A stretch of 61,570 nucleotides of DNA, filler included. It is 6 parts of 6 records of this genome, joined end to end, with 100 filler letters (N's around TTAATTAATTAA, not from the genome) between each part and the next. Parts side by side here need not be neighbours in the genome. Positions count along the whole stretch, not along the records: positions 49,860 to 61,570 come from SRR31156797_11166; 5 more parts are not named here. One strand, given 5' to 3'. The notes under the pieces were generated by a model. That model was not told where the DNA came from and did no database searches. It saw only the letters and a program-made list of their open reading frames with translations. Positions 49,861 through 60,206 of the stretch are shown one piece after another (the stretch's first letter is position 1; each line of letters begins with the position of its first letter). The position numbers and the translations under genes were made by a program.

Positions 49861-50361
49861 GGCATGCCGGTCTTCGTGTCGCCGCACTACTACTATCCGC
49901 ACGACCACGGCTGGAAGATCGAGGGTGCGCTGGAAGCCCTGATGCACAAGATCGGCATGTTCGACCGACCGGGCCCCCTCTCGGTCGAAGGCCTGAAAGG
50001 TTCCGGCGCCGACTGGCTGCCCCAGTACAAGAAATACATCGACGACGGCGCCACCCTGATCACCAGTCCGCACAAGGTCTACGGCCCCGAATCCAACGAC
50101 CTGGTGCTGCAGCTTCGCAAACGCGGCATAGAAAAGGTCATCATCGCCGGCATGTCGGCCAACCTGTGTACCGAATCCCACATGCGCGAACTGGTCGAGC
50201 AGGGTTTCGAGGTGATGGTCGCGACCGATGCCACCGCCGCCGCCCAGTTGCCCGGTCTCGACGGTTACGAGGCCGCGCGGGTCAACTTCCGCATGATCGC
50301 CAGCCACGTGGCCGACACGGAAACCGTCGTCAAGGCCATTCAGTCCGCTCCGCGCAGCTGA
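49861..50361 (+). CDS. Isochorismatase/cysteine hydrolase family, 5'-truncated
   Basis: [24 protein letters not shown]. Confidence 0.88.
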   Translation, partial: GMPVFVSPHYYYPHDHGWKIEGALEALMHKIGMFDRPGPLSVEGLKGSGADWLPQYKKYIDDGATLITSPHKVYGPESNDLVLQLRKRGIEKVIIAGMSANLCTESHMRELVEQGFEVMVATDATAAAQLPGLDGYEAARVNFRMIASHVADTETVVKAIQSAPRS

Positions 50362-50435
50362 TCCCACCGCGTTCCCCCGCCATCCCCGGTCGCCTTTGCG
50401 CGGCCGGGGGTGGTCCCTCCAACGGAGAAGAAACA

Positions 50436-50900
50436 ATGTCCCGCCCGCCGCTGCCGCCCTTTTCCGAAGACACTGCCCGCGCCAAGGTGCGTGCCGCCGA
50501 GGACGGCTGGAACAGCCGAAACCCCGCCCAGGTGGCGCTGGCCTACACACCCAACAGCCAATGGCGCAACCGCGCAGAGTTTGTGACCGGGCGGAATGGG
50601 ATCGAGGCTTTCCTGACCCGCAAATGGGCGCGGGAGCTCGAATACAGGCTGATCAAGGAGCTTTGGGCCTGGTCCGACAACCGCATCGCCGTGCGCTTCG
50701 CCTATGAATGGCGCGATGATTCGGCCCACTGGTACCGCTCATTCGGCAACGAGAACTGGGAATTCGACGCAGACGGTCTGATGCGGCGGCGCATCGCCAG
50801 CATCAACGACCTGCCCATCGCCGAGGATGAACGCAAGTTCCGATGGCGGCTCGGCCGCCGGCCCGACAATCACCCGGGGCTCTCCGACCTCGGACTCTGA
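50436..50900 (+). CDS. DUF1348 / NTF2-like protein
   Basis: [35 protein letters not shown]. Confidence 0.92.
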   Translation: MSRPPLPPFSEDTARAKVRAAEDGWNSRNPAQVALAYTPNSQWRNRAEFVTGRNGIEAFLTRKWARELEYRLIKELWAWSDNRIAVRFAYEWRDDSAHWYRSFGNENWEFDADGLMRRRIASINDLPIAEDERKFRWRLGRRPDNHPGLSDLGL

Positions 50901-51004
50901 CACCGATCAATTCGGAAGCGCCACCGACGGCGCCGCGAAGCCGCCGAAAGGCGGACACCACCACCCCGCCCAATAGGGCTTTTTGTAAAGAAAGGACTAT
51001 CGAT

Positions 51005-51499
51005 ATGAAACCCATCCAATTCCTTGTCGGCGCGGCGATGATCGCCGGCATCATTTCGGCAGGTTCTGCGGCTTTCGCCGCTGACGAATACAACGTATCG
51101 ACGGGCACGACCGTCAGCGGACACGGCGTCGCGGTGCGCGGTAACGACGTCGTTGCGCTCGCCACCGGTTTGGACGTGACACCCGGTCGGGCGAAGTTCA
51201 CCCAAGTGCATGAAGGCGTTGCCTACTATTTTGCCTCGGAAAAGACCAAGAAGCGGTTCGCCGCCGATCCCGAGACCTATATCCCGCAGTACGGCGGCTT
51301 CTGCGCGCTCGGCGTGGCGTTGGGCAAGAAGCTCGATGCTGCCCCCCGTTTCGCCGACATCGTCGACGGCAAGCTTTACGTATTCCTGAACGAGGCCGTC
51401 TTCGAGAAATACAAGGAAGACAAGGCCGGCATCCTCGCCAAGGCCGCGAAAAATTGGCCGGCGATGCACCACGTCGCGGTGTCCCAGGTCAACAGCTAA
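51005..51499 (+). CDS. Exported YHS-domain (seleno)protein family, Cys form
   Basis: Signal peptide; YYFAS...F.ADPE.YIPQYGGFCA.G; IVDGKLY. Confidence 0.88.
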   Translation: MKPIQFLVGAAMIAGIISAGSAAFAADEYNVSTGTTVSGHGVAVRGNDVVALATGLDVTPGRAKFTQVHEGVAYYFASEKTKKRFAADPETYIPQYGGFCALGVALGKKLDAAPRFADIVDGKLYVFLNEAVFEKYKEDKAGILAKAAKNWPAMHHVAVSQVNS

Positions 51500-51630
51500 A
51501 CGACGTCCACATGGACGGTGCATGCGAACCGCTGGCGGTGGCATCAACCGCCGTCAGTGGTTGAGTCAATCGAACAGACTCGGCCTTTTCGAACACCAAC
51601 CGTCCGGATGCCATCTAATCCGTTTGCTTT

Positions 51631-52179
51631 TTAAAATCCGGGGACGTTTTTCATACAGGGATGCGGAAACAGTTCCCCATAATCCTCGGTTTTGCCGACT
51701 TTGAAAAAGTCGACGGAATTGCATTCCACAACCCGGCCTTCATTTACGGTGATCAAGTATTTCGGCACGTATTTCCGCTTGACGGGCGGCGCTCTTCGGC
51801 CATACGCCCGATTGTAAACCCAAGCCGTATAGGAAGGCGGAGGGCTGGCCGGATCGGGCGCCTCGACAATATACGCGTTGTAATCCTCAAACCGGTATTG
51901 GCCGTTTAAAGTCCGTACATTTGAAGAGTCGTAGATTGCGGCAAGAGCCGCACACTCCGTCATCCCGATTTGAACATCGCGGTTTTCAATCAGCGCCCAC
52001 TCTCCGGGTTCGATCAGGCGCCGGACCTCGATCTCGGCCCGGCTCCTGTCCACGGTCCTGGAAGACCCCATGGTTGCCAAAAGGCACAAATCGAAGTTGC
52101 TCTGTTTCTCAATATCGCGGGGACTGGCGCAGCCGGCCAGAACAATTGCGTTGCATAAAATGACCCGCAAAAATCTCAT
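51631..52179 (-). CDS. Hypothetical lipoprotein
   Basis: Lipobox VLAG-C, GGGGAG RBS. Confidence 0.65.
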   Translation of the reverse strand: MRFLRVILCNAIVLAGCASPRDIEKQSNFDLCLLATMGSSRTVDRSRAEIEVRRLIEPGEWALIENRDVQIGMTECAALAAIYDSSNVRTLNGQYRFEDYNAYIVEAPDPASPPPSYTAWVYNRAYGRRAPPVKRKYVPKYLITVNEGRVVECNSVDFFKVGKTEDYGELFPHPCMKNVPGF

Positions 52180-52446
52180 CTCCCCCCCACAGACCCCAAT
52201 TGCAGAGTTTGGACGGTTATCACTTATTGGTAGCCCGCCATACTATACGTTTTTGCCCGGTTTATGCGGAGCGTTTTGTGACGGAATCCAAGCAATACGG
52301 ATGGGGCAGCCGAAGCCCGAGGACGGGGTTCGCTGTAAGATCAAGTAAGCCCCGCCGCGATCAGCGGCGTTCACCTGCGGGGGCGGATCTGTCCGATCGA
52401 TCTGTATGGGATTCAGCCGGCCTGATATCGCCGAGGCGTGGCGGGA

Positions 52447-53055
52447 TCACCGACCGGGTCTTTCGAAGGCCTGGCGGGCCCGTTCGACCTCGTCCCGGAT
52501 GACGCAATCTTCGACATGATCGTTGATCAGCCCCATGGCCTGCATGAAGGCGTAGACGGTGGTCGGCCCGACGAACTTCCAGTCCATCTTCTTCAGGTCC
52601 TTCGACAGGGCCACGGATTCGGGCGAGGTCGACACCGACTGGGGCTCTGCCAATGCCGACGGATCCGGCTCGTAGCGCCAGAAGAAGGCGGCCAGAGAGC
52701 CCTCCTTTTCGACCAGTTCCCGGGCCCGTTGCGCGTTGTTGATGACCGCTTCGATCTTGCCGCGGTGACGGATGATGCCCGCGTCCTGAAGCAGCCTGGC
52801 GACGTCGCTGTCGTCGAAACGGGCGATCTGCTCGAAATCGAAACCATGGAAGACGGTGCGGAAGTTTTCGCGCTTGGCGAGGATGGTGCGCCAGCTCAAA
52901 CCCGACTGGAAGCCCTCGAGGCTGATCTTTTCGAACAAGCGCTTATCATCATCAACCGGGAATCCCCATTCGGTATCGTGATAATCGAAATATTCCGGAG
53001 TCGCGCCGCACCAATGGCAGCGCTGCCTGCCGTCGGGTCCCGGTATTGTGCTCAT
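52447..53055 (-). CDS. tag: DNA-3-methyladenine glycosylase I
   Basis: RCHW, YHDTEWG, LEGFQSGLSW, FVGPTT.YAFMQAMG..NDH...C. Confidence 0.95.
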   Translation of the reverse strand: MSTIPGPDGRQRCHWCGATPEYFDYHDTEWGFPVDDDKRLFEKISLEGFQSGLSWRTILAKRENFRTVFHGFDFEQIARFDDSDVARLLQDAGIIRHRGKIEAVINNAQRARELVEKEGSLAAFFWRYEPDPSALAEPQSVSTSPESVALSKDLKKMDWKFVGPTTVYAFMQAMGLINDHVEDCVIRDEVERARQAFERPGR

Positions 53056-53188
53056 AGGTTCGTTCCCAGCATCCGTTCAACTACAAGAAGGACTGGCCGA
53101 CAAGCCAGGACGTTCCATTTTTGTTCCTTGTTGCGCAAAGTCAAGGTCGCGCTTGTCCTCGTTTGCGCAGACGACGGAGGAAAGCGTT

Positions 53189-53524
53189 TTAGACCGAGAC
53201 CTCGACCCATTCGTCAAGCGGCACGAAAACCGCTTTCGGGTGTTCGCAGGTCGGGCAGATCCAATCGTCGGGCAGGTCCTCGAAGGCGACACCGGGCGGG
53301 ATCGGATTGTCGGGATCGTTAACGTTTTCGTCGCCGAGGGACGGATCGTAGATATAGGGTTCGCAATCCTGGTTGGTGCAGCTCCATTTGCGCAGCCTGC
53401 GGGGAGGCTTGGTTCCGCCCGAAGGTGCCGCCGCAGACGCGATTTTCGCTGCCGTCAGCGTCGCAAAAATCAGGGCGAAAAGCCCCTTGAGAACGTGCCG
53501 TCGCGGGAATTTTCTTAACAGCAT
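53189..53524 (-). CDS. Rubredoxin with twin-arginine-like N-terminal leader
   Basis: CTNQDC..YIYDP...[16 protein letters not shown]; leader PRRHVLK + hydrophobic stretch + ASA. Start uncertain. Confidence 0.8.
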   Translation of the reverse strand: MLLRKFPRRHVLKGLFALIFATLTAAKIASAAAPSGGTKPPRRLRKWSCTNQDCEPYIYDPSLGDENVNDPDNPIPPGVAFEDLPDDWICPTCEHPKAVFVPLDEWVEVSV

Positions 53525-53894
53525 GACATTCAACAGTCTTTGTGCCGGTTGGTGGCGAGGCGCATTCGGCATCATTTGGCAGTTGGGTAGAATGCGTCCA
53601 AAACTCAACCTTAGACTAACATTTAATTGAAGACACATTTGTGAAATCGCGGTTCCGGAAACGACTTCGAAGGTAGCGTTCGGCCGGTTTCTGATTACGG
53701 GCAAGCCCTAATCACGATCGGTGAATGCCCTTATTGTGTTTTTTTGCCGATTATGATCTAGTTCGCGCCGCCGCGCGCTCCAGTCGAGTTCGGCGGGCGG
53801 CACTGGGGTTCGGTTCCGGCCGAACGCTGAAAAGAGAGACACATCCATGTTGGCTCTTGCAGTCGGCGGCAAACACAAAGCCCGCCGACGCTTA

Positions 53895-54224
53895 ATGACC
53901 ATCCGCCGCGGGCGGGTGAGTTCCCTGTTTCTGGTTTTCTTTCTTGCGATCATCCTGGGCATGGCTCCGGCCTACGGGTTCGCGGGCCATGGCGGTCTCG
54001 ACCTTCCCATCGGCGAGGTCGCCGATACCCTGGACAATGGTTGCGACAAACCGGAAGAGGCGGCTTGCGAAAGCAAGAAAGCCATGCTCGGCGTATCCGC
54101 CGTGTGCTTGGTTATTGCCAAATCCCCGTGGACGCGGGTCAAACCGGCCCATATCCGCCCCTTCTTCGGCGGCGGCCGCCAAATCCTTCCTCCTTCCAAC
54201 GCGCCGCCCGGCGCTTTCTTCTGA
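53895..54224 (+). CDS. Hypothetical exported protein
   Basis: Signal-peptide-like N-terminus, Cys residues; weak support. Confidence 0.4.
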   Translation: MTIRRGRVSSLFLVFFLAIILGMAPAYGFAGHGGLDLPIGEVADTLDNGCDKPEEAACESKKAMLGVSAVCLVIAKSPWTRVKPAHIRPFFGGGRQILPPSNAPPGAFF

Positions 54225-54461
54225 ATTGCCGGTTCCGGTCCGGATGCGATTGAGCATTCCGGCCGGGCGTTGCGACGCATTCGGTAGCCGCGTTAAAGCC
54301 GCGGTTATCAGATAACTCCCGGATTTTTCCTTGAGGAAAACCGGGGTCCGTGCGGCGCATCCGGCCCCGCCGGTGTTTTGCCGGCGACGGGTTGTTTCCC
54401 GCAGATTTGGCTTGAATGCCGGCGGGATCGGGTGAGCGCACAAAAGCGAAGGAATTTGGTT

Positions 54462-55223
54462 ATGAAGACGTCATTCGCGATTTTTGCCCTGTGTCTGATC
54501 GGGTTGGGTTTCGCGCAGGCGCAGGCGGAACCCTTGTTGATCGACCATAAGGCGGTTGTCGTCATCGACGGCGACACGATACAGGTGAACGGCCGGGTCC
54601 TGCAATTCGAAGGCATCGATGCGCCGGAATTGGGCCAGGCCTGCGACCACGACGGCAACTACTGGCTTTGCGGGCTGTCGGCGGCCTACGAGCTGAAACG
54701 GCTGATCGGGCTGCAGATGATGCCGCTGGAATGCGAAGTCGGCGGCGAGGGCAACGACCGGCTGGTTTGCCTGATCGGCGGCAACGATCTGGCGGTAGCG
54801 ATGATTGCCTCGGGGCTGGCCGTGGCGACGGAGGACAGCCCGCTGCAGTATCGGATATCGGAAAGACAGGCCCGCCGGGCGGACCTGGGAATTTGGGGCG
54901 GAGCCTTTGTCCGACCGGAACAATGGCGCCAGGGCACGCGACTGCCGAAGGAGCACGCGTTCGGAGCGGCTTCGCGACTTCATGGGAACCTGCCGTGGAA
55001 ATTCGGGGACGAAGGCCTGACCTTCGAGCCCAGTTCGGAACATGCCGCCTGTCTTGTCAAAGGTCTGGTCGAGGGCGGTCGTCATACCTATTACGGCCCG
55101 CTGGACGACGGCTATGACGACCTGCGACCGGCTCCGGTGCGCGGCGATCGCCTGTTTTGCGGCGACGACCTGGCGCGTGCCGCCGGGTGGTCGCACACCG
55201 GCGAAAACACCAGGCTTCAGTAG
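54462..55223 (+). CDS. Thermonuclease (SNase-like) family protein
   Basis: Signal peptide, VIDGDTI, GIDAPELGQ.C, GIWGG...P..WR, C-terminal CLVKG...FC...A..AGW. Confidence 0.88.
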   Translation: MKTSFAIFALCLIGLGFAQAQAEPLLIDHKAVVVIDGDTIQVNGRVLQFEGIDAPELGQACDHDGNYWLCGLSAAYELKRLIGLQMMPLECEVGGEGNDRLVCLIGGNDLAVAMIASGLAVATEDSPLQYRISERQARRADLGIWGGAFVRPEQWRQGTRLPKEHAFGAASRLHGNLPWKFGDEGLTFEPSSEHAACLVKGLVEGGRHTYYGPLDDGYDDLRPAPVRGDRLFCGDDLARAAGWSHTGENTRLQ

Positions 55224-55243
55224 CGGTCGACGGAGACAAATCG

Positions 55244-56692
55244 ATGTTGGACTTTCGACCGGTCTTTCTGGCCATCGGCACGCTGCTGATCATTCTGGCG
55301 ATTAGCATGCTGATCCCGGCGGCGGCCGATTTTGCCGGCGGCAATCCGGATTGGTCCGCCTTTATCGTATCGGCAGGCATAACCCTGTTTGCCGGCGTTG
55401 CCATGGTGTTGTCGTGCCGTAGCGGTCATAGCAAACTGTCGATCCGCCAGGCCTTCGCCCTGACCGCCCTGGTCTGGATCGTGCTGGTGCTGTTCGCGTC
55501 GATCCCGTTCATGCTGGGCGAAGCACAACTCGGTTTCACCGATGCCTATTTCGAGGCGATGTCGGGGATCACGACGACCGGTTCGACCGTACTGACCGGG
55601 CTCGATCACCTGCCGCCGGGACTGTTGATCTGGCGGGCCGTGCTGCAATGGCTCGGCGGGCTTGGCATCATCGTCATGGCCCTCAGCATTCTGCCGATGC
55701 TGCATGTCGGCGGCATGCAGATGTTTCGGGTCGAAGCCTTCGAAACGGAAGGCAAGATGCTGCCGCGCGCCGCCCAGCTTTCGGCTGGCGTCGTCGCCAT
55801 CCTGCTGTTTTTCACGGCGGTTCTGATCCTGCTTCTGTGGCTGGCCGGAATGAACGGCCTGGAAGCGACCGTCCATGCCCTGACGACGATCGCCACCGGC
55901 GGTTATTCGACGTCGGATGCCTCGGTCGGTCATTTCGACAGCGCCCTGATCGAGGCGATCATCACCGGCGGCATGATCGTTGGCGGCATCCCGTTCCTGC
56001 TGTTCCTGAAATTGGTCCGCGGCGACAGCCACAGCCTGCTGCGCGACCAGCAGGTCCACTGGTACCTGGGCATCATGGCAAGCGTGGTTGTGGTCGTCAC
56101 CATCTGGCTGTGGCAGAGCCAGGGAGAGGACCTGGCGCACGCCCTGCGGCTGGCGTCGTTCAATGTCGTTTCGATCATGACCGGTACCGGCTATGCCTCC
56201 ATCGACTACGGCCGGTGGGGGACTTTCCCGGTCGGCATCATGTTCTTTCTGATGTTCGTCGGCGGCTGTTACGGCTCGACCGCCTGCGGCATGAAGGTGT
56301 TCCGCTTCCAGGTTCTGTTCGAGGCGGCGCGGGCGCAGATCCGCCACCTGGTGCAGCCGCACGGGGTTTTCGTGCCGACCTTCAACCGGCGGCCCATATC
56401 GGACGAGGTGATCACCTCGGTGCTGAGCTATTTTTTCATCTTCGGTCTGGTTTTCGCGCTTCTCAGCCTGGGCCTCAATTCGCTGGGTTTGGATCTGGTG
56501 ACGGCGATGTCGGGGGCCGGCACGGCGATGGCCAATGTCGGGCCGGGGCTGGGTCCGATCATCGGCCCGGCGGGGAATTTCCAATCCCTTCCCGACGCCG
56601 CCAAGTGGCTACTGGTCGCCGGCATGCTGATCGGGCGGCTTGAGGTGTTCACCATCTTCGTGTTGTTCAGCCGCCGCTTCTGGCGGGGTTAG
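55244..56692 (+). CDS. trkH: Trk potassium uptake membrane protein
   Basis: SGITTTG, QWLGGLG, ATGG, NVGPG, GRLE pore loops. Confidence 0.95.
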   Translation: MLDFRPVFLAIGTLLIILAISMLIPAAADFAGGNPDWSAFIVSAGITLFAGVAMVLSCRSGHSKLSIRQAFALTALVWIVLVLFASIPFMLGEAQLGFTDAYFEAMSGITTTGSTVLTGLDHLPPGLLIWRAVLQWLGGLGIIVMALSILPMLHVGGMQMFRVEAFETEGKMLPRAAQLSAGVVAILLFFTAVLILLLWLAGMNGLEATVHALTTIATGGYSTSDASVGHFDSALIEAIITGGMIVGGIPFLLFLKLVRGDSHSLLRDQQVHWYLGIMASVVVVVTIWLWQSQGEDLAHALRLASFNVVSIMTGTGYASIDYGRWGTFPVGIMFFLMFVGGCYGSTACGMKVFRFQVLFEAARAQIRHLVQPHGVFVPTFNRRPISDEVITSVLSYFFIFGLVFALLSLGLNSLGLDLVTAMSGAGTAMANVGPGLGPIIGPAGNFQSLPDAAKWLLVAGMLIGRLEVFTIFVLFSRRFWRG

Positions 56693-56716
56693 TGCAGTTT
56701 CGCAGAAACTTTTGTC

Positions 56717-58156
56717 CTATGTGGCGATCTCGATCCGGTTGCGGCCTTTCTGCTTGGCCGCATAGAGCGCGCGGTCGGCACGCATCACCAGATCGTCGGC
56801 ACTTTCGCCGACACGCCATTCGGCGACGCCAAGGCTGACGGCGACGGGAATGGCGCCGTCGCCGACAAAGACCGGCTGTTCGCAAATCTGCCGGCGGATC
56901 TTGTCGGCGCTGCGGGCGGCGTGTTGCAGGTCGCAATCGGGCATCAGCAGCAGGAATTCCTCGCCGCCCCAGCGGAAGATGGTGTCGGCCTCGCGCACCT
57001 GTTTGCGGGCCGTGTCGACGATCGATTGGATGACAATATCGCCGGCGCCGTGGCCGTGGATGTCGTTGATGGTCTTGAAGCGGTCGATGTCGAAGAAAAT
57101 CACCGCCACGGTGCCGCGCTGTCGCTTCGAGACCAGCAGGGCATGATCGAACATCATGCCGAACATCTGCCGGCTGGTGGCGCCGGTCAGCTTGTCGGTG
57201 GTTGCCATATCCTCGAGGCGGCGCTGATAGCTGCCGATGGTCAGGTTGGCCAGCACCAGGATGATCACGGTGATCGCCAGGCACAGGATAAGGTTGCCGA
57301 CCAGGGTGTTGAGCAGGCGGGTCTGGCTGGGATCCCCTTCCTGCTCGACCAGCAGAAACCAGTCGAATTCGGGAACCAGGCGACTGTTCAGGAAGACCTC
57401 TCGGCCGTTCCGCTGGTAGATGAAGGAACTGCTCGGCAATGCCAGGATTTGGGTGGCATGGGCCGATAACCCGGATGTCCGGTGAATATCCGCCTCCCCT
57501 TCGTATCCGTCCCCGTGCAAGGTGACGACTCCCTGGCGGTTGACGAAAAAGATTCGCCGGCCATAGCGCTTCTGGTAGGTCTCGATCAGTTTTCTGACGG
57601 CGTTGACGGCGAGGCCGACGCCGGTCGTGCCGATATAGTTGCCGGCATAATCGTAGACCCGGTAATTGACGAATATGCTCAGCGACGTCGGATCGGCGGT
57701 ATCGTGATCGACGTTGATCTCGTAATCCTTGGTCAACCGCCGCACCCGGAAATACCATTCGTCCTGCGCATCTTCCTGCGAGACCGTCTTCAGGACGCCG
57801 GTCGAGTGATAGTATTTGCGTGATTTTTCAGAGACGAAAAAGCTGGTCACCGTGCCATAGCGGACCTGGATTTCCTTTAGAAACCGGATGATCTTGCTTT
57901 CGTCCTTTTCGCCGCCCAGGGTCCAGTCGCGAACGAAGGTGTCGTGGGCCATCAGCGAGGAAATGAAGATCGGGCGAAGCAGGTCCTTCTGGATTTCCGA
58001 GTAGATGTTGTCGCTGGTCAGCGGCAGGGTGGTTTCGGCGATCTGGTCGGTCAGGGAATCATGGGCGACGAAATAGCTGATCAGACTTGTTGCCAGAAAT
58101 CCTATCGACAGCAAAACGGTAAGCGACGTTACGAATCGCTTTTTCTTATCCCACAT
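56717..58156 (-). CDS. Cache-sensor diguanylate cyclase
   Basis: TM-periplasmic Cache-like domain-TM, READ I-site, RWGGEEF. Confidence 0.92.
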   Translation of the reverse strand: MWDKKKRFVTSLTVLLSIGFLATSLISYFVAHDSLTDQIAETTLPLTSDNIYSEIQKDLLRPIFISSLMAHDTFVRDWTLGGEKDESKIIRFLKEIQVRYGTVTSFFVSEKSRKYYHSTGVLKTVSQEDAQDEWYFRVRRLTKDYEINVDHDTADPTSLSIFVNYRVYDYAGNYIGTTGVGLAVNAVRKLIETYQKRYGRRIFFVNRQGVVTLHGDGYEGEADIHRTSGLSAHATQILALPSSSFIYQRNGREVFLNSRLVPEFDWFLLVEQEGDPSQTRLLNTLVGNLILCLAITVIILVLANLTIGSYQRRLEDMATTDKLTGATSRQMFGMMFDHALLVSKRQRGTVAVIFFDIDRFKTINDIHGHGAGDIVIQSIVDTARKQVREADTIFRWGGEEFLLLMPDCDLQHAARSADKIRRQICEQPVFVGDGAIPVAVSLGVAEWRVGESADDLVMRADRALYAAKQKGRNRIEIAT

Positions 58157-58288
58157 TGATGACGGTCCCACCGGTTGTACCGCACCGCGGTGCTATAGTT
58201 AGGGGAGCAGAATAGAAGAGCCGGCAGCCAAATCAAGCCGGTTGACGCGTCGTGACGCCCGATATTTCGTAATCCGGTCTATTTTCGT

Positions 58289-58690
58289 TCAGTCGGCGGC
58301 CACGGCTTTCGGGTCCAGTTCGAAGAAATGCGGCAGCAGCCGCAATTCGACCCAGGTTTCAAGCGCCTGCACGGCCGCCAGGTCGAATCCGAAGGCGTTG
58401 TCCTGCCACAGGTTCCGGATGGCCTCGATCTCTTCGACCAGTTGTTCGTGTTCGAGCCGTTGTTCGTTGAGCAACGGCGAATCGATTTCTTCGTAGAGGG
58501 CTTCTTCGTCGCGGAAATGGTCCTGGGTATAGCGGAACAGCAGATCGAAGCTCTGTTCCAGGATGGCCTTTTCCTTTCCGCTTTCGGCCGCTTCCAGGAA
58601 CAGATTGGCGAATTCGACCAATTGTTGATGCTGGGCATCGACCAATTCGTTGCCGGTGGCGTATTCGATCTTCCATTCGAAGCGGGCCAT
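58289..58690 (-). CDS. Bacteriohemerythrin
   Basis: W...YATG...VD.QH, HFRDEE, EH, H....D. Confidence 0.88.
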   Translation of the reverse strand: MARFEWKIEYATGNELVDAQHQQLVEFANLFLEAAESGKEKAILEQSFDLLFRYTQDHFRDEEALYEEIDSPLLNEQRLEHEQLVEEIEAIRNLWQDNAFGFDLAAVQALETWVELRLLPHFFELDPKAVAAD

Positions 58691-58731
58691 GGCGTCCTCC
58701 GGTCGCTGCGGGCGACGAATCGAAACGGGAT

Positions 58732-60003
58732 CTATTCGATTAAAATCGCCCTGTAGTCGTTGACGTTGGTGAGCGTCGGTCCGGTCATCAACAGATTATC
58801 GAGGTTCTGGAAAAAGGTATAGGCATCGTTGTTGTCGAGGAAATCCAGCGCCTTCATGCCGGCCTGCCAGCCGCGCTCCAGGGTGTCCGGGCCGATCAGG
58901 GCGCCGGCATTGTCCTCGGAGCCGTCGATGCCGTCGGTATCGCAGGCAATGGCGTAAACCCCGGCTTCGCCGTTCAGGTCGAAGGCGAGCGACAGCAGGA
59001 ATTCGGCGTTGCGGCCGCCGCGGCCCTGACCCTTGACGGTGACGGTGGTTTCGCCGCCCGACAACAGAACCACCGGGCGCGGCCAGGGGTGATCGTGCGC
59101 CTTTACCTGGCGGACCAGGCCGCCCATGACCTTGGCGACGTCGCTGGCTTCGCCGGTGATGCTGTCGCCGAGGATGGCGGCGCCGATGCCGTTCTTTTCG
59201 AAGAATGCCGAGGCCGCGCGCAGCACGTCCTGGCTGGTGCTGATGACCTTGTTTTCGACGCGGGCGAACAGGGGATCGCCGGGTTTCGGCGTTTCGCCGA
59301 TGTCGCCGGCCTGACCGCGTTTCAGGTGATCGAGGATCGGGGCCGGGGCTTCGACCTCGTAACGCTCGATGATGGCGAGCGCGTCTTCATAGGTGCTGGG
59401 ATCGGGCGCGCACGGGCCGGAGCCGATATGGGTCGGATCGTCGCCGGTGACGTCCGAGATGATCATCGCCACAACGCGGGCCGGGCAGGCGGCGGCAAGG
59501 CGCCCGCCCTGGCTGGCCGACAGGTGTTTGCGCACCACGTTCATTTCCTGGATGTTGGCGCCGCAGCGAAGAAGCGATTTGTTCAGCGCCTGCATGTCGG
59601 CATGGGTCAGGCCTGGCGCCGGCAGGGTCATCAGGGCGGAACCGCCGCCGCTCATCAGGCAAAGAAGAAGGTCGTCCGGGCCGAGAGCCTTGGCGTCGTC
59701 GAGAATCTGTTGGGCCGCACGCGCACCGGCCTCGTCGGGAACGGGATGGCCGGCCTCGATGACTTCGATGCGGTTGGTTTCGACGCGGTGCTGATAGCGC
59801 GTAATAACGATGCCGGAGAGCGGTGCATCTGCCGGCCAGGCGTCTTCGACCGCACGGGCCATCGATCCGCCGGCCTTGCCGGCACCAACGACGAGCGTCC
59901 TTCCCTTCGGCGGTTCGGGCAAGTTTGCCGGTACGATTTTGGCGGGATCGGCGACGGCCAGTCCCGCCTGAAAGGATTCGACCAGAAGCTCTCTCGGATT
60001 CAT
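58732..60003 (-). CDS. Glycerate kinase type 2 (MOFRL/TtuD family)
   Basis: GAGKA, SGGGSAL, GGETTV, GGRN.E, TDGIDG, TGPT.TNVND; start MNPREL at 60003. Confidence 0.93.
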   Translation of the reverse strand: MNPRELLVESFQAGLAVADPAKIVPANLPEPPKGRTLVVGAGKAGGSMARAVEDAWPADAPLSGIVITRYQHRVETNRIEVIEAGHPVPDEAGARAAQQILDDAKALGPDDLLLCLMSGGGSALMTLPAPGLTHADMQALNKSLLRCGANIQEMNVVRKHLSASQGGRLAAACPARVVAMIISDVTGDDPTHIGSGPCAPDPSTYEDALAIIERYEVEAPAPILDHLKRGQAGDIGETPKPGDPLFARVENKVISTSQDVLRAASAFFEKNGIGAAILGDSITGEASDVAKVMGGLVRQVKAHDHPWPRPVVLLSGGETTVTVKGQGRGGRNAEFLLSLAFDLNGEAGVYAIACDTDGIDGSEDNAGALIGPDTLERGWQAGMKALDFLDNNDAYTFFQNLDNLLMTGPTLTNVNDYRAILIE

Positions 60004-60206
60004 CTTGTTGTTTCTCCCGGATTGACGTGGTGCTTGGCGCCGGCGAAGCATAGTCGGCACTTTTCGCGCTTGCAACGGGGCGCCGGTTTTTGTCGAAATT
60101 GAAATATTGACTCGTGACGGCGATGGAGGCATTTGCTTCGTCTTTGATCGAGCCGTCGGGCTGTCTCGCACGATCGGACGGCTCGCCGGCTGGAAGTTGA
60201 TGCGAT

